Positions 1 through 12,220 of a stretch of 64,000 bases of DNA are shown here, one piece after another (the first letter of the stretch is position 1; every line of letters begins with the position of its first letter). Location: the NCBI GenBank assembly GCA_965279375.1, contig OZ257156.1, positions 1,984,001-2,048,000 of the forward strand, read 5' to 3'. The DNA is from Gemmatimonas sp. Lineage in GTDB: Bacteria; Gemmatimonadota; Gemmatimonadetes; Gemmatimonadales; Gemmatimonadaceae. A program made the position numbers and the translations under genes. The notes under the pieces were generated by a model. It saw nothing but the letters and a program-made list of their open reading frames with translations. It was not told the DNA's origin and did no database searches.

Positions 1-25
1 AAGCCATACACGCCCTCGACAATCA

Positions 26-2894
<2,869 letters not shown>

Positions 2895-2918
2895 CCGCCA
2901 CACGCAGCGGAGCTACAC

Positions 2919-3578
2919 ATGGTTCGCGCGCCCCACGTCAAAATCTGCTGCATCTCCAGCGTAGCCGAAGCCGCGCTGGCCATCGACGCGGGAGCCTCCG
3001 CACTCGGCCTCGTCTCGGCGATGCCCAGCGGACCCGGTGTCATTGATGATGCGCTGATCGCCGAGATTGTGGCGACCGTACCGCTGCCGATCGCGACCTT
3101 CCTGCTCACGTCGCGGCAGAACGCCGCCGACATCGCGGAGCAGCACGCGTCGATCCGATCGAGCACGATTCAGCTGGTGGATCACGTGGCCGAAGACGAA
3201 CTGCGTGCGCTGCGACGACTACTGCCCGGCGTGAAGCTGGTGCAGGTCATCCACGTGACCGACGAGGACTCGGTCGCGGAGGCAGGCGCCGTGGCGCCGT
3301 ATGTGGACGCGATTCTGCTAGACTCGGGGAATCAGAAGCTGGCCGTGAAGGAGCTGGGAGGCACGGGCCGCACGCACGACTGGACGTTGAGCCGACGCAT
3401 CCGCGACACGGCTGGGGTGCCGATCTTCCTGGCGGGCGGGCTGCACGCCCGGAACGTGGCGGATGCGATCGCGACCGTGGCGCCCTTCGGGCTGGACCTC
3501 TGCAGCGGGGTGCGGACCGGCGGCCGCCTGGACCCAGCCAAGCTGGACGGTTTCATGAAGGTCGTGCGCGGCGCTTGA
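2919..3578 (+). CDS. trpF: Phosphoribosylanthranilate isomerase
   Basis: VKICCI, LLDS, LGGTGRTHDW, FLAGGL..NV and GLDLCSGV motifs. Confidence 0.85.
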   Translation: MVRAPHVKICCISSVAEAALAIDAGASALGLVSAMPSGPGVIDDALIAEIVATVPLPIATFLLTSRQNAADIAEQHASIRSSTIQLVDHVAEDELRALRRLLPGVKLVQVIHVTDEDSVAEAGAVAPYVDAILLDSGNQKLAVKELGGTGRTHDWTLSRRIRDTAGVPIFLAGGLHARNVADAIATVAPFGLDLCSGVRTGGRLDPAKLDGFMKVVRGA

Positions 3579-3625
3579 CATTTCGGGTGAACTGTTGAAA
3601 AATCAACACAGTTGAAATTTCAGCA
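3575..3625 (+). promoter_or_regulatory. Sigma70-like promoter with two palindromic operators upstream of blaI
   Basis: TTGACA at 3575-3580 and AAAAAT 17 bp downstream; imperfect palindromes TGTTGAAAAATCAACA (3593-3608) and AGTTGAAATTTCAGCA (3610-3625). Confidence 0.7.
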
Positions 3626-3670
3626 GGTGAGGCGCCCGCGCCTCACGACCCCAACACGCCGGACGCACCG

Positions 3671-4063
3671 ATGGCCCAGCCGAGCCCCCACGAAGACCTG
3701 TCCCGCCGCGAACGGCAGGTGATGGACATCCTGCACCGGCGTGGCGAGTCCACGGTCGCCGAGATCATGGCTGATCTCCCGGACCCGCCGACCTATTCGG
3801 CGGTTCGGTCGATTCTGCGCATCCTGGCCGAAAAGGAGCGGATCGAGTTCCGCGAGGACGGTCCCCGCTACGTGTACTATCCGGCCGCGCCGACTGAGCG
3901 CGCCCAGGCCGACGTGCTGGAGCATGTTGTCCGCACCTATTTCGCCGGTTCGACGGAGCACGCGGTGACCGCGCTGCTGCGCATGTCCGACGCCGCGCTC
4001 AGCGAGCCGGAGCTCGCGCGACTGCGAGACCGGATCAACGCCGCCCGCCAGACCGGGAGATAG
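3671..4063 (+). CDS. BlaI/MecI/CopY-family transcriptional repressor
   Basis: LSRRERQVMDIL, YSAVRSILRILAEK and GPRYVYYP; lies directly upstream of an M56 gene. Confidence 0.92.
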   Translation: MAQPSPHEDLSRRERQVMDILHRRGESTVAEIMADLPDPPTYSAVRSILRILAEKERIEFREDGPRYVYYPAAPTERAQADVLEHVVRTYFAGSTEHAVTALLRMSDAALSEPELARLRDRINAARQTGR

Positions 4064-4068
4064 TCGCC

Positions 4069-6354
4069 ATGCTCGCATTCTCTGCTTCTCCGGCCGCGCT
4101 GCTGTTGGCCAAGGCGACAGTGCTCTTGGTGGTGGCCTTCGCGGCGACGCGCGTGATGTCACGCGTGTCGGCCGTCACGCGGCATACCGTCTGGCTCGTG
4201 TCGATGTCGGCACTGCTGCTCATTCCGGCCATGTACGCCCTGACGCCGCTGCGCCTTCCCATTCTACCGGCGCAGCTGCTCGGACAATTGCCGGAGCAGT
4301 GGCAGAAGCAGAACGCGCCCTCTGCTGTGTCGGCGAATAGCGCACTCCGCGGCGTGAAGAGCGACGTGGCAGTCTCCACACGCGCGCTCGACGCGTCGGG
4401 TGATGCGGGCGTGCTCCGCGAAACACGCGATGCGTCCGGTCAGCTGTTGACGCAGGAGCTGCGTGGCACGGACGAACAGCGCTCGTCGACGACGCCGGGC
4501 ACCGCCGCGCCGACATGGACGTGGTCGCGCGCCGTGACGACGATGCTGGTGATCTGGCTGGTGGTCGCCGCGGCGCTCACACTCTGGTTGTGCGCCGGGC
4601 TGCTGATGGTGCGTCGGATCGTGCGACGCGCGTCATCCGTGGATGACGCGGAGTGGACCGGCGCCCTGTATGAAATGGCAGATCGCATGGGACTCGAACA
4701 CGCGCCGACCGTGCTGCGCAGCGAGGAGATCACGATGCCGTTCGCGTGCGGCTTCCGTCGACCGATGATCGTGCTACCGGCCGAGTCGGCGGCTTGGACG
4801 GCCGATGAGCGCACCGCCGTGTTGTTGCACGAACTTGCGCACATCAAGCGCCGCGACATCGTCGCGCATACGCTGAGCCGCATCACCTGCGCGCTTTACT
4901 GGTTCCATCCGCTCGTTTGGACGGCCGCGCGGCGTCTCCGCGCCGAAAGTGAACAAGCCTGCGACGATCTCGCGCTACTCTCGGGCGCGCGGGCGAGTGA
5001 CTACGCCGAACATCTTCTGGAAATCGTCACGCGCGTAAAGCACCGGCGTACGCCGTCGCTGGCGATGGCGATGGCGACGCGCTCGGAGTTCGAGGGACGC
5101 ATGCTGGCCATTCTGGATCCGGAGCGCCGCCGTCGTGGTCCGTCGCGCATGCAGTCCGCAACGCTCGTGGCATCGCTGTTGATGCTGACCGTCGTGGTGG
5201 GACTGGCCACGCCCGCCGCGTCGCGCGCCGCTGAACCGAAGCAGGCCGCACGCCTGCGTGATTCCTTGAGTCAGGACAGCACGTCGTCGGCTCGCGTTGC
5301 ACGCTCGCCGCGCCCGGCCAGCGGTGCGGACTCGGTCGTGAACGCGCCAGTGTCAGCAGCGTCAGCGGCGCCTGCATCGATGCCCGTGCAACCACCGGAA
5401 CCGGCGGCCAACCCAGTGGCGCCGCGCGGCATCAGCACGCTGATGTCTGATGGACGGGGCAAGGAAGAGCGTGCCTTTGATCGCGCAGAAGTTCGGCAGG
5501 CTGATCGTGAAGCCGAACGGGCCGGCAAGGCGATGGTCTCGGCGCTGCTGTCGGGTGTGAGCGCGATGCTCGATCGCGCGCCGGCGGCTGTTCCCGGCAC
5601 CAAGCGCGACAGCAGCGCCCGTGTAGCGACGCTGTGCACTGTCCTCCGCGCCGATGCCAACGCAGAACTGCGCCGTGTGTCGGCGTGGGGCCTCGAGAGC
5701 TTCATCACCGAGCCCGCCGCGGTTGAGGCGCTTGTGCAGGCGCTTCGCCGAGACTCCGACCCGTCGGTGCGTGAGATGGCGGCGTGGGCACTGTCCTCGG
5801 CCGACCCCAACGCGATCGTGCGGACCGCGCTGATTGCCAGCGCGCGCAGCGAACAGTCGCCGCTCGTGCTTCGCAGCGTCGTCCGCGCACTCGGCGAGCA
5901 GTCTGCGTCCAACGATCAGGGTGTGGTGGACGCGCTCGTCGCCGTGCTGGAGGCGCGAGGCGCCGGCAACGCATCGCTCCGTGAGATAACCGCGTGGGCG
6001 TTTGGGAACGTTGCGCCGGCGCGTGCACCTTCGGCGCTGATCGCACTATTGCGCGATCCCGAGTCGAGCGTGCGCAAGACGACGGCGTGGGCACTGCACG
6101 AGACGGAAGACGCGCAGGCCGTACCGGCGCTGGCCGAAGCCATCCGCGTGGAGTCGAGTCGCGACGTACAGCAGGCGATGGTTAGGGCGCTGGCGTCGAT
6201 GGGCGAGCCGGCCGTCCCCGCACTGACAAAGCTGATCGATGACAAGGACGCGGCAGTTCGCGCTCAGGCCATTCGCGCACTCGCCGGCACCCAGATGGCC
6301 GGCGGCTGGCCGATGCCACGTCCCGAGCCGCGCCCGTTCCCGGACAACAAGTAG
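4069..6354 (+). CDS. M56 (BlaR1-type) membrane metallopeptidase antirepressor with C-terminal HEAT repeats
   Basis: HELAHIKRRD zinc motif, YWFHPLVW, EQACDD, TM helices, then VR..AAWAL repeats. Confidence 0.9.
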   Translation: MLAFSASPAALLLAKATVLLVVAFAATRVMSRVSAVTRHTVWLVSMSALLLIPAMYALTPLRLPILPAQLLGQLPEQWQKQNAPSAVSANSALRGVKSDVAVSTRALDASGDAGVLRETRDASGQLLTQELRGTDEQRSSTTPGTAAPTWTWSRAVTTMLVIWLVVAAALTLWLCAGLLMVRRIVRRASSVDDAEWTGALYEMADRMGLEHAPTVLRSEEITMPFACGFRRPMIVLPAESAAWTADERTAVLLHELAHIKRRDIVAHTLSRITCALYWFHPLVWTAARRLRAESEQACDDLALLSGARASDYAEHLLEIVTRVKHRRTPSLAMAMATRSEFEGRMLAILDPERRRRGPSRMQSATLVASLLMLTVVVGLATPAASRAAEPKQAARLRDSLSQDSTSSARVARSPRPASGADSVVNAPVSAASAAPASMPVQPPEPAANPVAPRGISTLMSDGRGKEERAFDRAEVRQADREAERAGKAMVSALLSGVSAMLDRAPAAVPGTKRDSSARVATLCTVLRADANAELRRVSAWGLESFITEPAAVEALVQALRRDSDPSVREMAAWALSSADPNAIVRTALIASARSEQSPLVLRSVVRALGEQSASNDQGVVDALVAVLEARGAGNASLREITAWAFGNVAPARAPSALIALLRDPESSVRKTTAWALHETEDAQAVPALAEAIRVESSRDVQQAMVRALASMGEPAVPALTKLIDDKDAAVRAQAIRALAGTQMAGGWPMPRPEPRPFPDNK

Positions 6355-6361
6355 TCGCTTT

Positions 6362-6405
6362 CGCAGGAAACACGCAGGAAACACGCAGGAAACACGCAGG
6401 AAACA
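6362..6405. repeat. Tandem repeat, 4 x 11 bp (CGCAGGAAACA)
   Basis: Four exact copies read directly in the intergenic sequence. Confidence 0.95.
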
Positions 6406-6451
6406 CACAGTACACGATCGGACGCATCTCGCGTCCCTTCGTTTGGCTTCG

Positions 6452-6469
6452 TATGCTGAAATTTCAACA
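6452..6469 (+). promoter_or_regulatory. Third BlaI-type operator, overlapping a putative -10 element, upstream of the HEAT gene
   Basis: TGCTGAAATTTCAACA at 6454-6469; 6454-6468 is the exact reverse complement of 3611-3625. TATGCT at 6452-6457 and a GGAGGT RBS at 6489-6494. Confidence 0.7.
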
Positions 6470-6499
6470 CAGAGGCCCGATGCGGGCCGGAGGTGCGTG

Positions 6500-7927
6500 A
6501 TGACGCGATGGACAACGGTGGTAGCGATGTCGCTCGGGATGGCGTGCTCGAGCGAAGGGTACGCGGGTGAGCGCAGCAGCATGAGCATCCCCGCAGTCAT
6601 CGATGTGGAAGCGGTGAGTGCGGCGACGGATGGACGGCGTGCGCTCGATGTCTCGGCGGTGTTGTCGGCGGCGCGGGGCGTCGCGCCGACAGTTTGCCGC
6701 CTCGCTGCGGAATCGGTCACGAGCAGCGGATGGTATCGCGCCGGTAGCGACGCACCCGTCACGCCACTCTCGAGCAGCGCCGCCGACCTCAGTTCGTCAG
6801 AGGCCAGCACGGAGGACGATGACCGCTCGTCACGAACGCTCGTTTCGGCCGACGTCGATCGACTCCTGACCGAACTGTCCAACGACGATCTCTGTGTGCG
6901 CGAACTGTCGGTGCGCCTGCTCGCCACCGACCGTCGTGAGACGATCGTGCGTGCGCTGGCTGATCGGCTGACCGCACGCGACTCGGTGGTGCGCGCCGTG
7001 GCCGCGTTCGGCGCTGGGTTGATTGCACGGGATGGCGCTGCTGCCGCACTGACCGCCACGTTGCGCGACGCCGCTGCCTCCGTGCGCGCCAACTCCGCGT
7101 GGGCACTCGGCCGCATCGAGGATGGCAAGGCGCTTGGCGGATTGGAGAACGCGCTGCGCGACAAGGAGTCGATGGTACGTAGGGCCGCCGTCGTCGCCCT
7201 CGGGCAGATCGACTCCACACGATCGGTGCAGGCCTTGGAGCGCGTGCTCACGGAGGACGACGTGGCGTCGGTCCGTCGTGTGGCCGCGTGGGCGTTGGGT
7301 GAGATCGGCGCGCGTCAGTCTGCGCCGGCGCTCGCCCGTGCACTGCAGCGCGACAGCGATGCGCGTGTTCGCGAAATGTCGGCGTGGGCGTTGGGCGACA
7401 TGGAAGCCACCGAGGGAATCCAGGCCCTGCAGTCGGCGTTGCAGAATGATGCGTCGACGGCAGTGCGCGAGACGTCGGCGTGGGCGCTGGGCGAGATGGA
7501 GTCGTCGTCTTCCGGCGGTACGCTGGCGGACGCGTTGGCGAGCGACTCCAGCGTTGCCGTGCGGTCGGCGTCTGCGTGGGCGCTTGGGCAGATAGAGTTG
7601 CGTGTGGCCCCCGCCGCGCTCAGTCGTGCGCTCAACGACAACAGCGCCGATGTGCGACTGAGGGCCGCGTGGGCGCTGTCGGAGATCGGTGATGCGTCGG
7701 CCGCGCCGGCTGTCCAGGCTGCACTCGCCAAGGAAACCTCGCGTGATGCGCGCCGAGCATTGCTGCGCGCGCTGGTACGATCAGGTGCGAAGGCGGAGTC
7801 CGTGCTGACCAACCTGCTCACGTCGAGTGACCCGCAAACCCGTGAGTCTGCAGTGCGCGCGTTAGCTGGTCGATCGGGTGTCGATCCGTGGCCCTGGCCG
7901 TGGCCCCGTCCACGACCGTTCCCGTAA
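6500..7927 (+). CDS. Exported HEAT-repeat (PBS-lyase-like) protein, probable lipoprotein
   Basis: N-terminus MTRWTTVVAMSLGMAC; repeated VR..(S/A)AWALG units; GGAGGT RBS. Confidence 0.85.
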   Translation: MTRWTTVVAMSLGMACSSEGYAGERSSMSIPAVIDVEAVSAATDGRRALDVSAVLSAARGVAPTVCRLAAESVTSSGWYRAGSDAPVTPLSSSAADLSSSEASTEDDDRSSRTLVSADVDRLLTELSNDDLCVRELSVRLLATDRRETIVRALADRLTARDSVVRAVAAFGAGLIARDGAAAALTATLRDAAASVRANSAWALGRIEDGKALGGLENALRDKESMVRRAAVVALGQIDSTRSVQALERVLTEDDVASVRRVAAWALGEIGARQSAPALARALQRDSDARVREMSAWALGDMEATEGIQALQSALQNDASTAVRETSAWALGEMESSSSGGTLADALASDSSVAVRSASAWALGQIELRVAPAALSRALNDNSADVRLRAAWALSEIGDASAAPAVQAALAKETSRDARRALLRALVRSGAKAESVLTNLLTSSDPQTRESAVRALAGRSGVDPWPWPWPRPRPFP

Positions 7928-7961
7928 TCGTGTCTGAACTCACTGCGAACAGAGGCGAGAC

Positions 7962-10712
7962 GTGAACAAGACAGAGACTACGCGTCGGTCAACACGCGTT
8001 GTGATGTGGGCCGGGGTGGTGCTGCCGCAACTGCTGTTGCTCCTGCTGCGTCCGACGGCGGCGCGAGCGCAAGCTGGCGCGCACGCGATCGCCGTCCCCA
8101 CGGCGACCGCGGCCGCACGGCGTGGGGCGATCACGCTGGATGGGCACCTCGACGAAGCGACGTGGCAGGCCGCGCCGCCGGTAACCGAGTTCACGCAGTT
8201 CAATCCCGACCACGGCAAGCCTGCGTCCGAGTCGATGGAAGTGCGATTTCTCTACGATGAGACGGCGCTCTATGTAGGCGCCCGTCTCGGTGATTCGCAG
8301 GGCGCGCGTGGTGTGATGAAGACCGTTGTTCGCCGCGATGCGTTCTTCAACTCGGACTTCTTCGAGATCGTGATCGATGGCTTTCACGATCATCTGAGCC
8401 GAGCATTCTTTCAGGTGAATCCTTCTGGTTCGCGCAGCGACATCCTGGGAACCGGCAACTCCTGCTGCGACGATGGATGGGATCCGGTGTGGGAAGCTCG
8501 CACGAGCGTGGACAGCACCGGATGGACGGTGGAGATGCGCATCCCACTGAGTCAGCTGCGCTTCTCGCGCGATTCGGTGCAGACGTGGGGGCTGCAGATC
8601 CGTCGCTTTCTCAAACGGCGCGATGAAACCGATCAATGGTCGATCTGGGGCCGTCAGGAGGCCGGCGGCCCCGCGCGATTTGGCCATCTCGAGGGGATGC
8701 ATCTCGCGGCGCGGCGCAGGACCGTGGAGCTGTTGCCGTATGCGATGCAGCGCACGGCGAGTCTGCAGGGTGCGCCGGGAGATCCGTTCAAGGCGGGCAC
8801 GAAGCCGTCGGTGCGTGGCGGGATGGATCTCAAGTACATGGTGACGCCCAACCTCACGCTCGATGCCACCGTAAACCCGGACTTCGGGCAGGTGGAGGTT
8901 GATCCCGCCGTGGTGAACCTCTCCGCGTTCGAGCCGTTCTTTCAGGAGCGCCGGCCGTTCTTCGTCTCCAGTTCGGGCGTGTTCGACTTCGGTGACTTCA
9001 ACTGCTTCTTCTGCTCCAATGTCTCGAATCTGCAGGCGTTCTATTCACGACGTGTGGGGCGTGCACCAACGGGCGGCGATCTTGCCTATGCACGCGGCGC
9101 GTACGCGGACATTCCACCAGCCGCCACGATTCTCGGCGCGGCCAAGATCACGGGGCGCACGTCGTCCGGCGTCACGGTTGGCTTGCTCGACGCGGTGACC
9201 GGGCGTGCTGTTGCGGACGTGCGCACGCTGGACGGAGCACGCGTACGACAGGAGGTGGAGCCGCAGGCGAACTATCTCGTTGGTCGCATCAAGAAAGACC
9301 TGCGGCGCGGTGATCTCGTACTCGGCATGATCGGTACGAGTACGTCGCGGCAGCTCGGCGATGCTTTCGCGTCGCGCTTGAGCTCGCACGCTGAGTTGCT
9401 GGGCGGAGACTGGAAGTATCAGTGGAAGTCGCGCACGTACTCGTGGATGGGAAGCGCGGCGTTGACGGGTGTGTCGGGCGACCCGCGGGTGATTTCGGCG
9501 CGGCAGCTCTCGAGTGCGCGCTTCTATCAACGCCCCGATCGACAGCAGGGTGCGAGTGGGTTCTTCGCGTCGCGTCTCGACTCGACGGCCACGGTGATGC
9601 GCGGATACGGCGGCTACACGCGTCTGGCGAAGGACGCGGGCGCATGGCTGTGGGAGCTGGCGATGAATGTGCGCAGCCCCGGTTTCGAGACGAATGACTA
9701 CTCCTTCCTGACGAGCGCTGACTACATCTGGAACAGCGCGAATCTGCTGCGTACGTGGCAGAAGCCAAGGAAGTACTATCGCGATCTGACGTTGATTGCC
9801 GGTACGCAGGTGCAGCGAAACTTCAGCGGCGACATCACCAGCAACACGCAGCAACATGCGTATGCCGGCGGCACGACGCCGCAGTTCTGGAACTGGAACG
9901 TCATCATGATCCGCAGGCCACAAGGCTTGCTGGACGATCGGCTGTTGCGTGGAGGGCCGTCGGTACGGATGCCGGGCAGCACGCTTTTCGGGATGAACCT
10001 GGGAACGGATTCGCGCAAGCAGTGGCGGCTCAGCACTGGTCCGTCGATTTCCACGACCACGGCAGGCGGCTACGAACGCTCCGTCGATCTGACGGTCCGA
10101 CTGCAAGCCTCGACGCGCGCCTTCATCTCGTTCGGGCCGTCGTTCGCGGATTCGTACAACACGTTGCAGTACGTCACGGCGCGTCGTGATCCACTGGCGT
10201 CCACATTCGCCGGCCAGCGCTACCTCCTGGCCGACGTACACCAGCGGCAGCTCGGTCTGGACTCTCGCGTCAACGTCACCTTCTCTCCCAAGATGACGCT
10301 CGAGCTTTATGCGCAACCGTTCTTTGCGAGCGGACACTACGACGCGTTCAAGGAGTTCGCGGCGCCACGGCGCGAGGCGGTGCAGGTGTACGGAAAGGAT
10401 CGCGGGACAGTGCAGCCGGTCGTTGGTGCCGATGGGATCGTGCAGCAGTACGTGCTGGATCCGGATGGCGCGGGTGCTGCGCCGTCGTTCAGTGTGGGCA
10501 ATCCGGACTTCAACTTTCGCTCGCTGCGCGGGAGTGTGGTGTATCGGTGGGAGTATCATCCGGGATCAACACTGTTCTTCGTGTGGACGCAGCAGCGAAG
10601 CGATCAGGCGCCAGTGGGCGACTTTCAGTTCGGACGCGATCGGAATGCGCTGCTGCGAGCAAAGCCGGACAACATCTTTCTCGTGAAAGCGAGTTGGTGG
10701 TTGGCGCGGTAG
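7962..10712 (+). CDS. Exported CBM9-like + DUF5916 outer-membrane protein
   Basis: Signal peptide; ITLDGHLDEATW, WTVEMRIPLSQLRF, LDATVNPDFGQVEVD and QERRPFF; amphipathic C-terminal strand FLVKASWW. Confidence 0.8.
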   Translation: MNKTETTRRSTRVVMWAGVVLPQLLLLLLRPTAARAQAGAHAIAVPTATAAARRGAITLDGHLDEATWQAAPPVTEFTQFNPDHGKPASESMEVRFLYDETALYVGARLGDSQGARGVMKTVVRRDAFFNSDFFEIVIDGFHDHLSRAFFQVNPSGSRSDILGTGNSCCDDGWDPVWEARTSVDSTGWTVEMRIPLSQLRFSRDSVQTWGLQIRRFLKRRDETDQWSIWGRQEAGGPARFGHLEGMHLAARRRTVELLPYAMQRTASLQGAPGDPFKAGTKPSVRGGMDLKYMVTPNLTLDATVNPDFGQVEVDPAVVNLSAFEPFFQERRPFFVSSSGVFDFGDFNCFFCSNVSNLQAFYSRRVGRAPTGGDLAYARGAYADIPPAATILGAAKITGRTSSGVTVGLLDAVTGRAVADVRTLDGARVRQEVEPQANYLVGRIKKDLRRGDLVLGMIGTSTSRQLGDAFASRLSSHAELLGGDWKYQWKSRTYSWMGSAALTGVSGDPRVISARQLSSARFYQRPDRQQGASGFFASRLDSTATVMRGYGGYTRLAKDAGAWLWELAMNVRSPGFETNDYSFLTSADYIWNSANLLRTWQKPRKYYRDLTLIAGTQVQRNFSGDITSNTQQHAYAGGTTPQFWNWNVIMIRRPQGLLDDRLLRGGPSVRMPGSTLFGMNLGTDSRKQWRLSTGPSISTTTAGGYERSVDLTVRLQASTRAFISFGPSFADSYNTLQYVTARRDPLASTFAGQRYLLADVHQRQLGLDSRVNVTFSPKMTLELYAQPFFASGHYDAFKEFAAPRREAVQVYGKDRGTVQPVVGADGIVQQYVLDPDGAGAAPSFSVGNPDFNFRSLRGSVVYRWEYHPGSTLFFVWTQQRSDQAPVGDFQFGRDRNALLRAKPDNIFLVKASWWLAR

Positions 10713-10778
10713 CGTGCGATTGTTCGAGGGCGACGCCGCATGGTCTTGTCGTCGCCCTCCCTCACACACGTTCACCAC

Positions 10779-11324
10779 ATGGACGCTCGACAGAAAGCCG
10801 CGCTGGCGCTGTGGGACTGGGTGGGACAGGCACGTCCGCACTTTGCCGTCGCACCGACTGACGCACAGGAGTCGGTGTGGGACTATCCCCGGCCGCCGCG
10901 CGTGGTGCCCGACACGCGCGAGGTGATCGTGCGAGTTGGTGGCGTGGAGATCATTCGCACAGCACGTGCGCTGCGGCTGCTCGAGACGGCGAGTCCGCCC
11001 TCGTTCTATCTGCCGATGGCGGACGTCATGGCCGGTGCGCTCGTGCCCGCCGCGGGCGCATCGCATTGCGAATGGAAAGGGCGTGCGCGCTACTGGACCA
11101 TCGTGGCGGGCGACATGCGTTTGGAGCGAGCGGCGTGGTCATACGATGCGCCGGCGTCGCCGTACGAGGTGCTGCGTGATCACGTGGCGCTCTATCCTAC
11201 GCATGCCGAGTGCACAGTGGATGGCGAGCGCGTCCGACCGCAGGACGGCGGTTTTTATGGCGGATGGGTGACGAATGAGATTGTAGGGCCGTGGAAGGGC
11301 GGCCCCGGGACCGGCGGCTGGTAG
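10779..11324 (+). CDS. DUF427 domain protein
   Basis: ESVWDYPRPP, LETASPPSFY, CEWKGRARY, AAWSY and FYGGW..GPWKG. Confidence 0.85.
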   Translation: MDARQKAALALWDWVGQARPHFAVAPTDAQESVWDYPRPPRVVPDTREVIVRVGGVEIIRTARALRLLETASPPSFYLPMADVMAGALVPAAGASHCEWKGRARYWTIVAGDMRLERAAWSYDAPASPYEVLRDHVALYPTHAECTVDGERVRPQDGGFYGGWVTNEIVGPWKGGPGTGGW

Positions 11325-11327
11325 CAG

Positions 11328-12110
11328 TCAGAATCGCAGCGAGAGGCAGCTCAGCCCACCGTCCATCTTGGCGAACTCGCTCATGTCCAGCACTTCGAGC
11401 GTGTAGCCCGCTTCACGCAGCATCGCATGCGTGCGCGGATAGCCGGCGGCGACAAAGATCACATCGTTCACTCGCACGCAGTTGGCCGCGTACTCCTCAC
11501 CAGCGGGAACTCGCAGCACGTCGTAGTCATCGAATGCCGGATTGTCGGCGAGTGCATCGATCGAAATGAGCAGCTCCTCTTCGAGTGCGCAGACGCCGCT
11601 CTTGAGATGCAGAATGCCGGGCGTATTGCGAATGTCCACGACAGACGCCGTGCAGCCGTTCATCGCGAGCCAGTCCACGAGCTGCTGCGCACCATTGGCG
11701 TTGGTGCGGTGAGAAAGTCCGATGAACACATGCGGACCCACTTCGCACACGTCCCCGGCGTCGAGCGTGCCCGGTGCCTCGATCTGCGGCAGTTCAGCGA
11801 AGACCTTTGCGACGGCGTCGCGGATCGCGTCCACTTCGCCCGCGCGGCTCTCTGCTCCGGGACGGGTGAGAATAGCCCCGTCGTCCGGCAGAATGAGCGC
11901 GGTATCCTCGACAAACGTGGAGTCGGGGTAGCGCGGGTCGGCCGGTAGTGTGGTCAGCGCGCAGCCATGGCGCACGAGTGCCGCGCAGTACGCCGCATGC
12001 TGCTTGAGTGCGAGATCCACGTCGGGGGTGCCCAGGTCCATCGTGGTCAGTCCGTCGGCAAAGTTGCGGGCCGGCGGGCGTACGATGGCGTGGCGAAAGC
12101 GAGAAAACAT
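11328..12110 (-). CDS. Dimethylarginine dimethylaminohydrolase (amidinotransferase family)
   Basis: PDSTFVEDT, SRAGEV, LDAGDV, LHLKS and DGGLSCLS (catalytic Cys/His/Asp). Confidence 0.9.
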   Translation of the reverse strand: MFSRFRHAIVRPPARNFADGLTTMDLGTPDVDLALKQHAAYCAALVRHGCALTTLPADPRYPDSTFVEDTALILPDDGAILTRPGAESRAGEVDAIRDAVAKVFAELPQIEAPGTLDAGDVCEVGPHVFIGLSHRTNANGAQQLVDWLAMNGCTASVVDIRNTPGILHLKSGVCALEEELLISIDALADNPAFDDYDVLRVPAGEEYAANCVRVNDVIFVAAGYPRTHAMLREAGYTLEVLDMSEFAKMDGGLSCLSLRF

Positions 12111-12220
12111 GGCGCGTGGCGTTGGGAGGCAGACAAGAGAATTGTTCACCAGTATGGCGCGACTTGTGTCCGTGCGGAATGATTGGCGCACTGATTTGCG
12201 GCCCACCTCTACCGCCTCGC

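Noticed and set aside
6362..6405. Possible CRISPR array (also 41358-41420)
   Set aside because: Units are 11-13 bp and contiguous, with no spacers and no cas genes.
9045..10559. 504-aa antisense ORF, and similar long shadows at 15128, 36424, 40223 and 62076
   Set aside because: Expected from codon bias opposite real genes.
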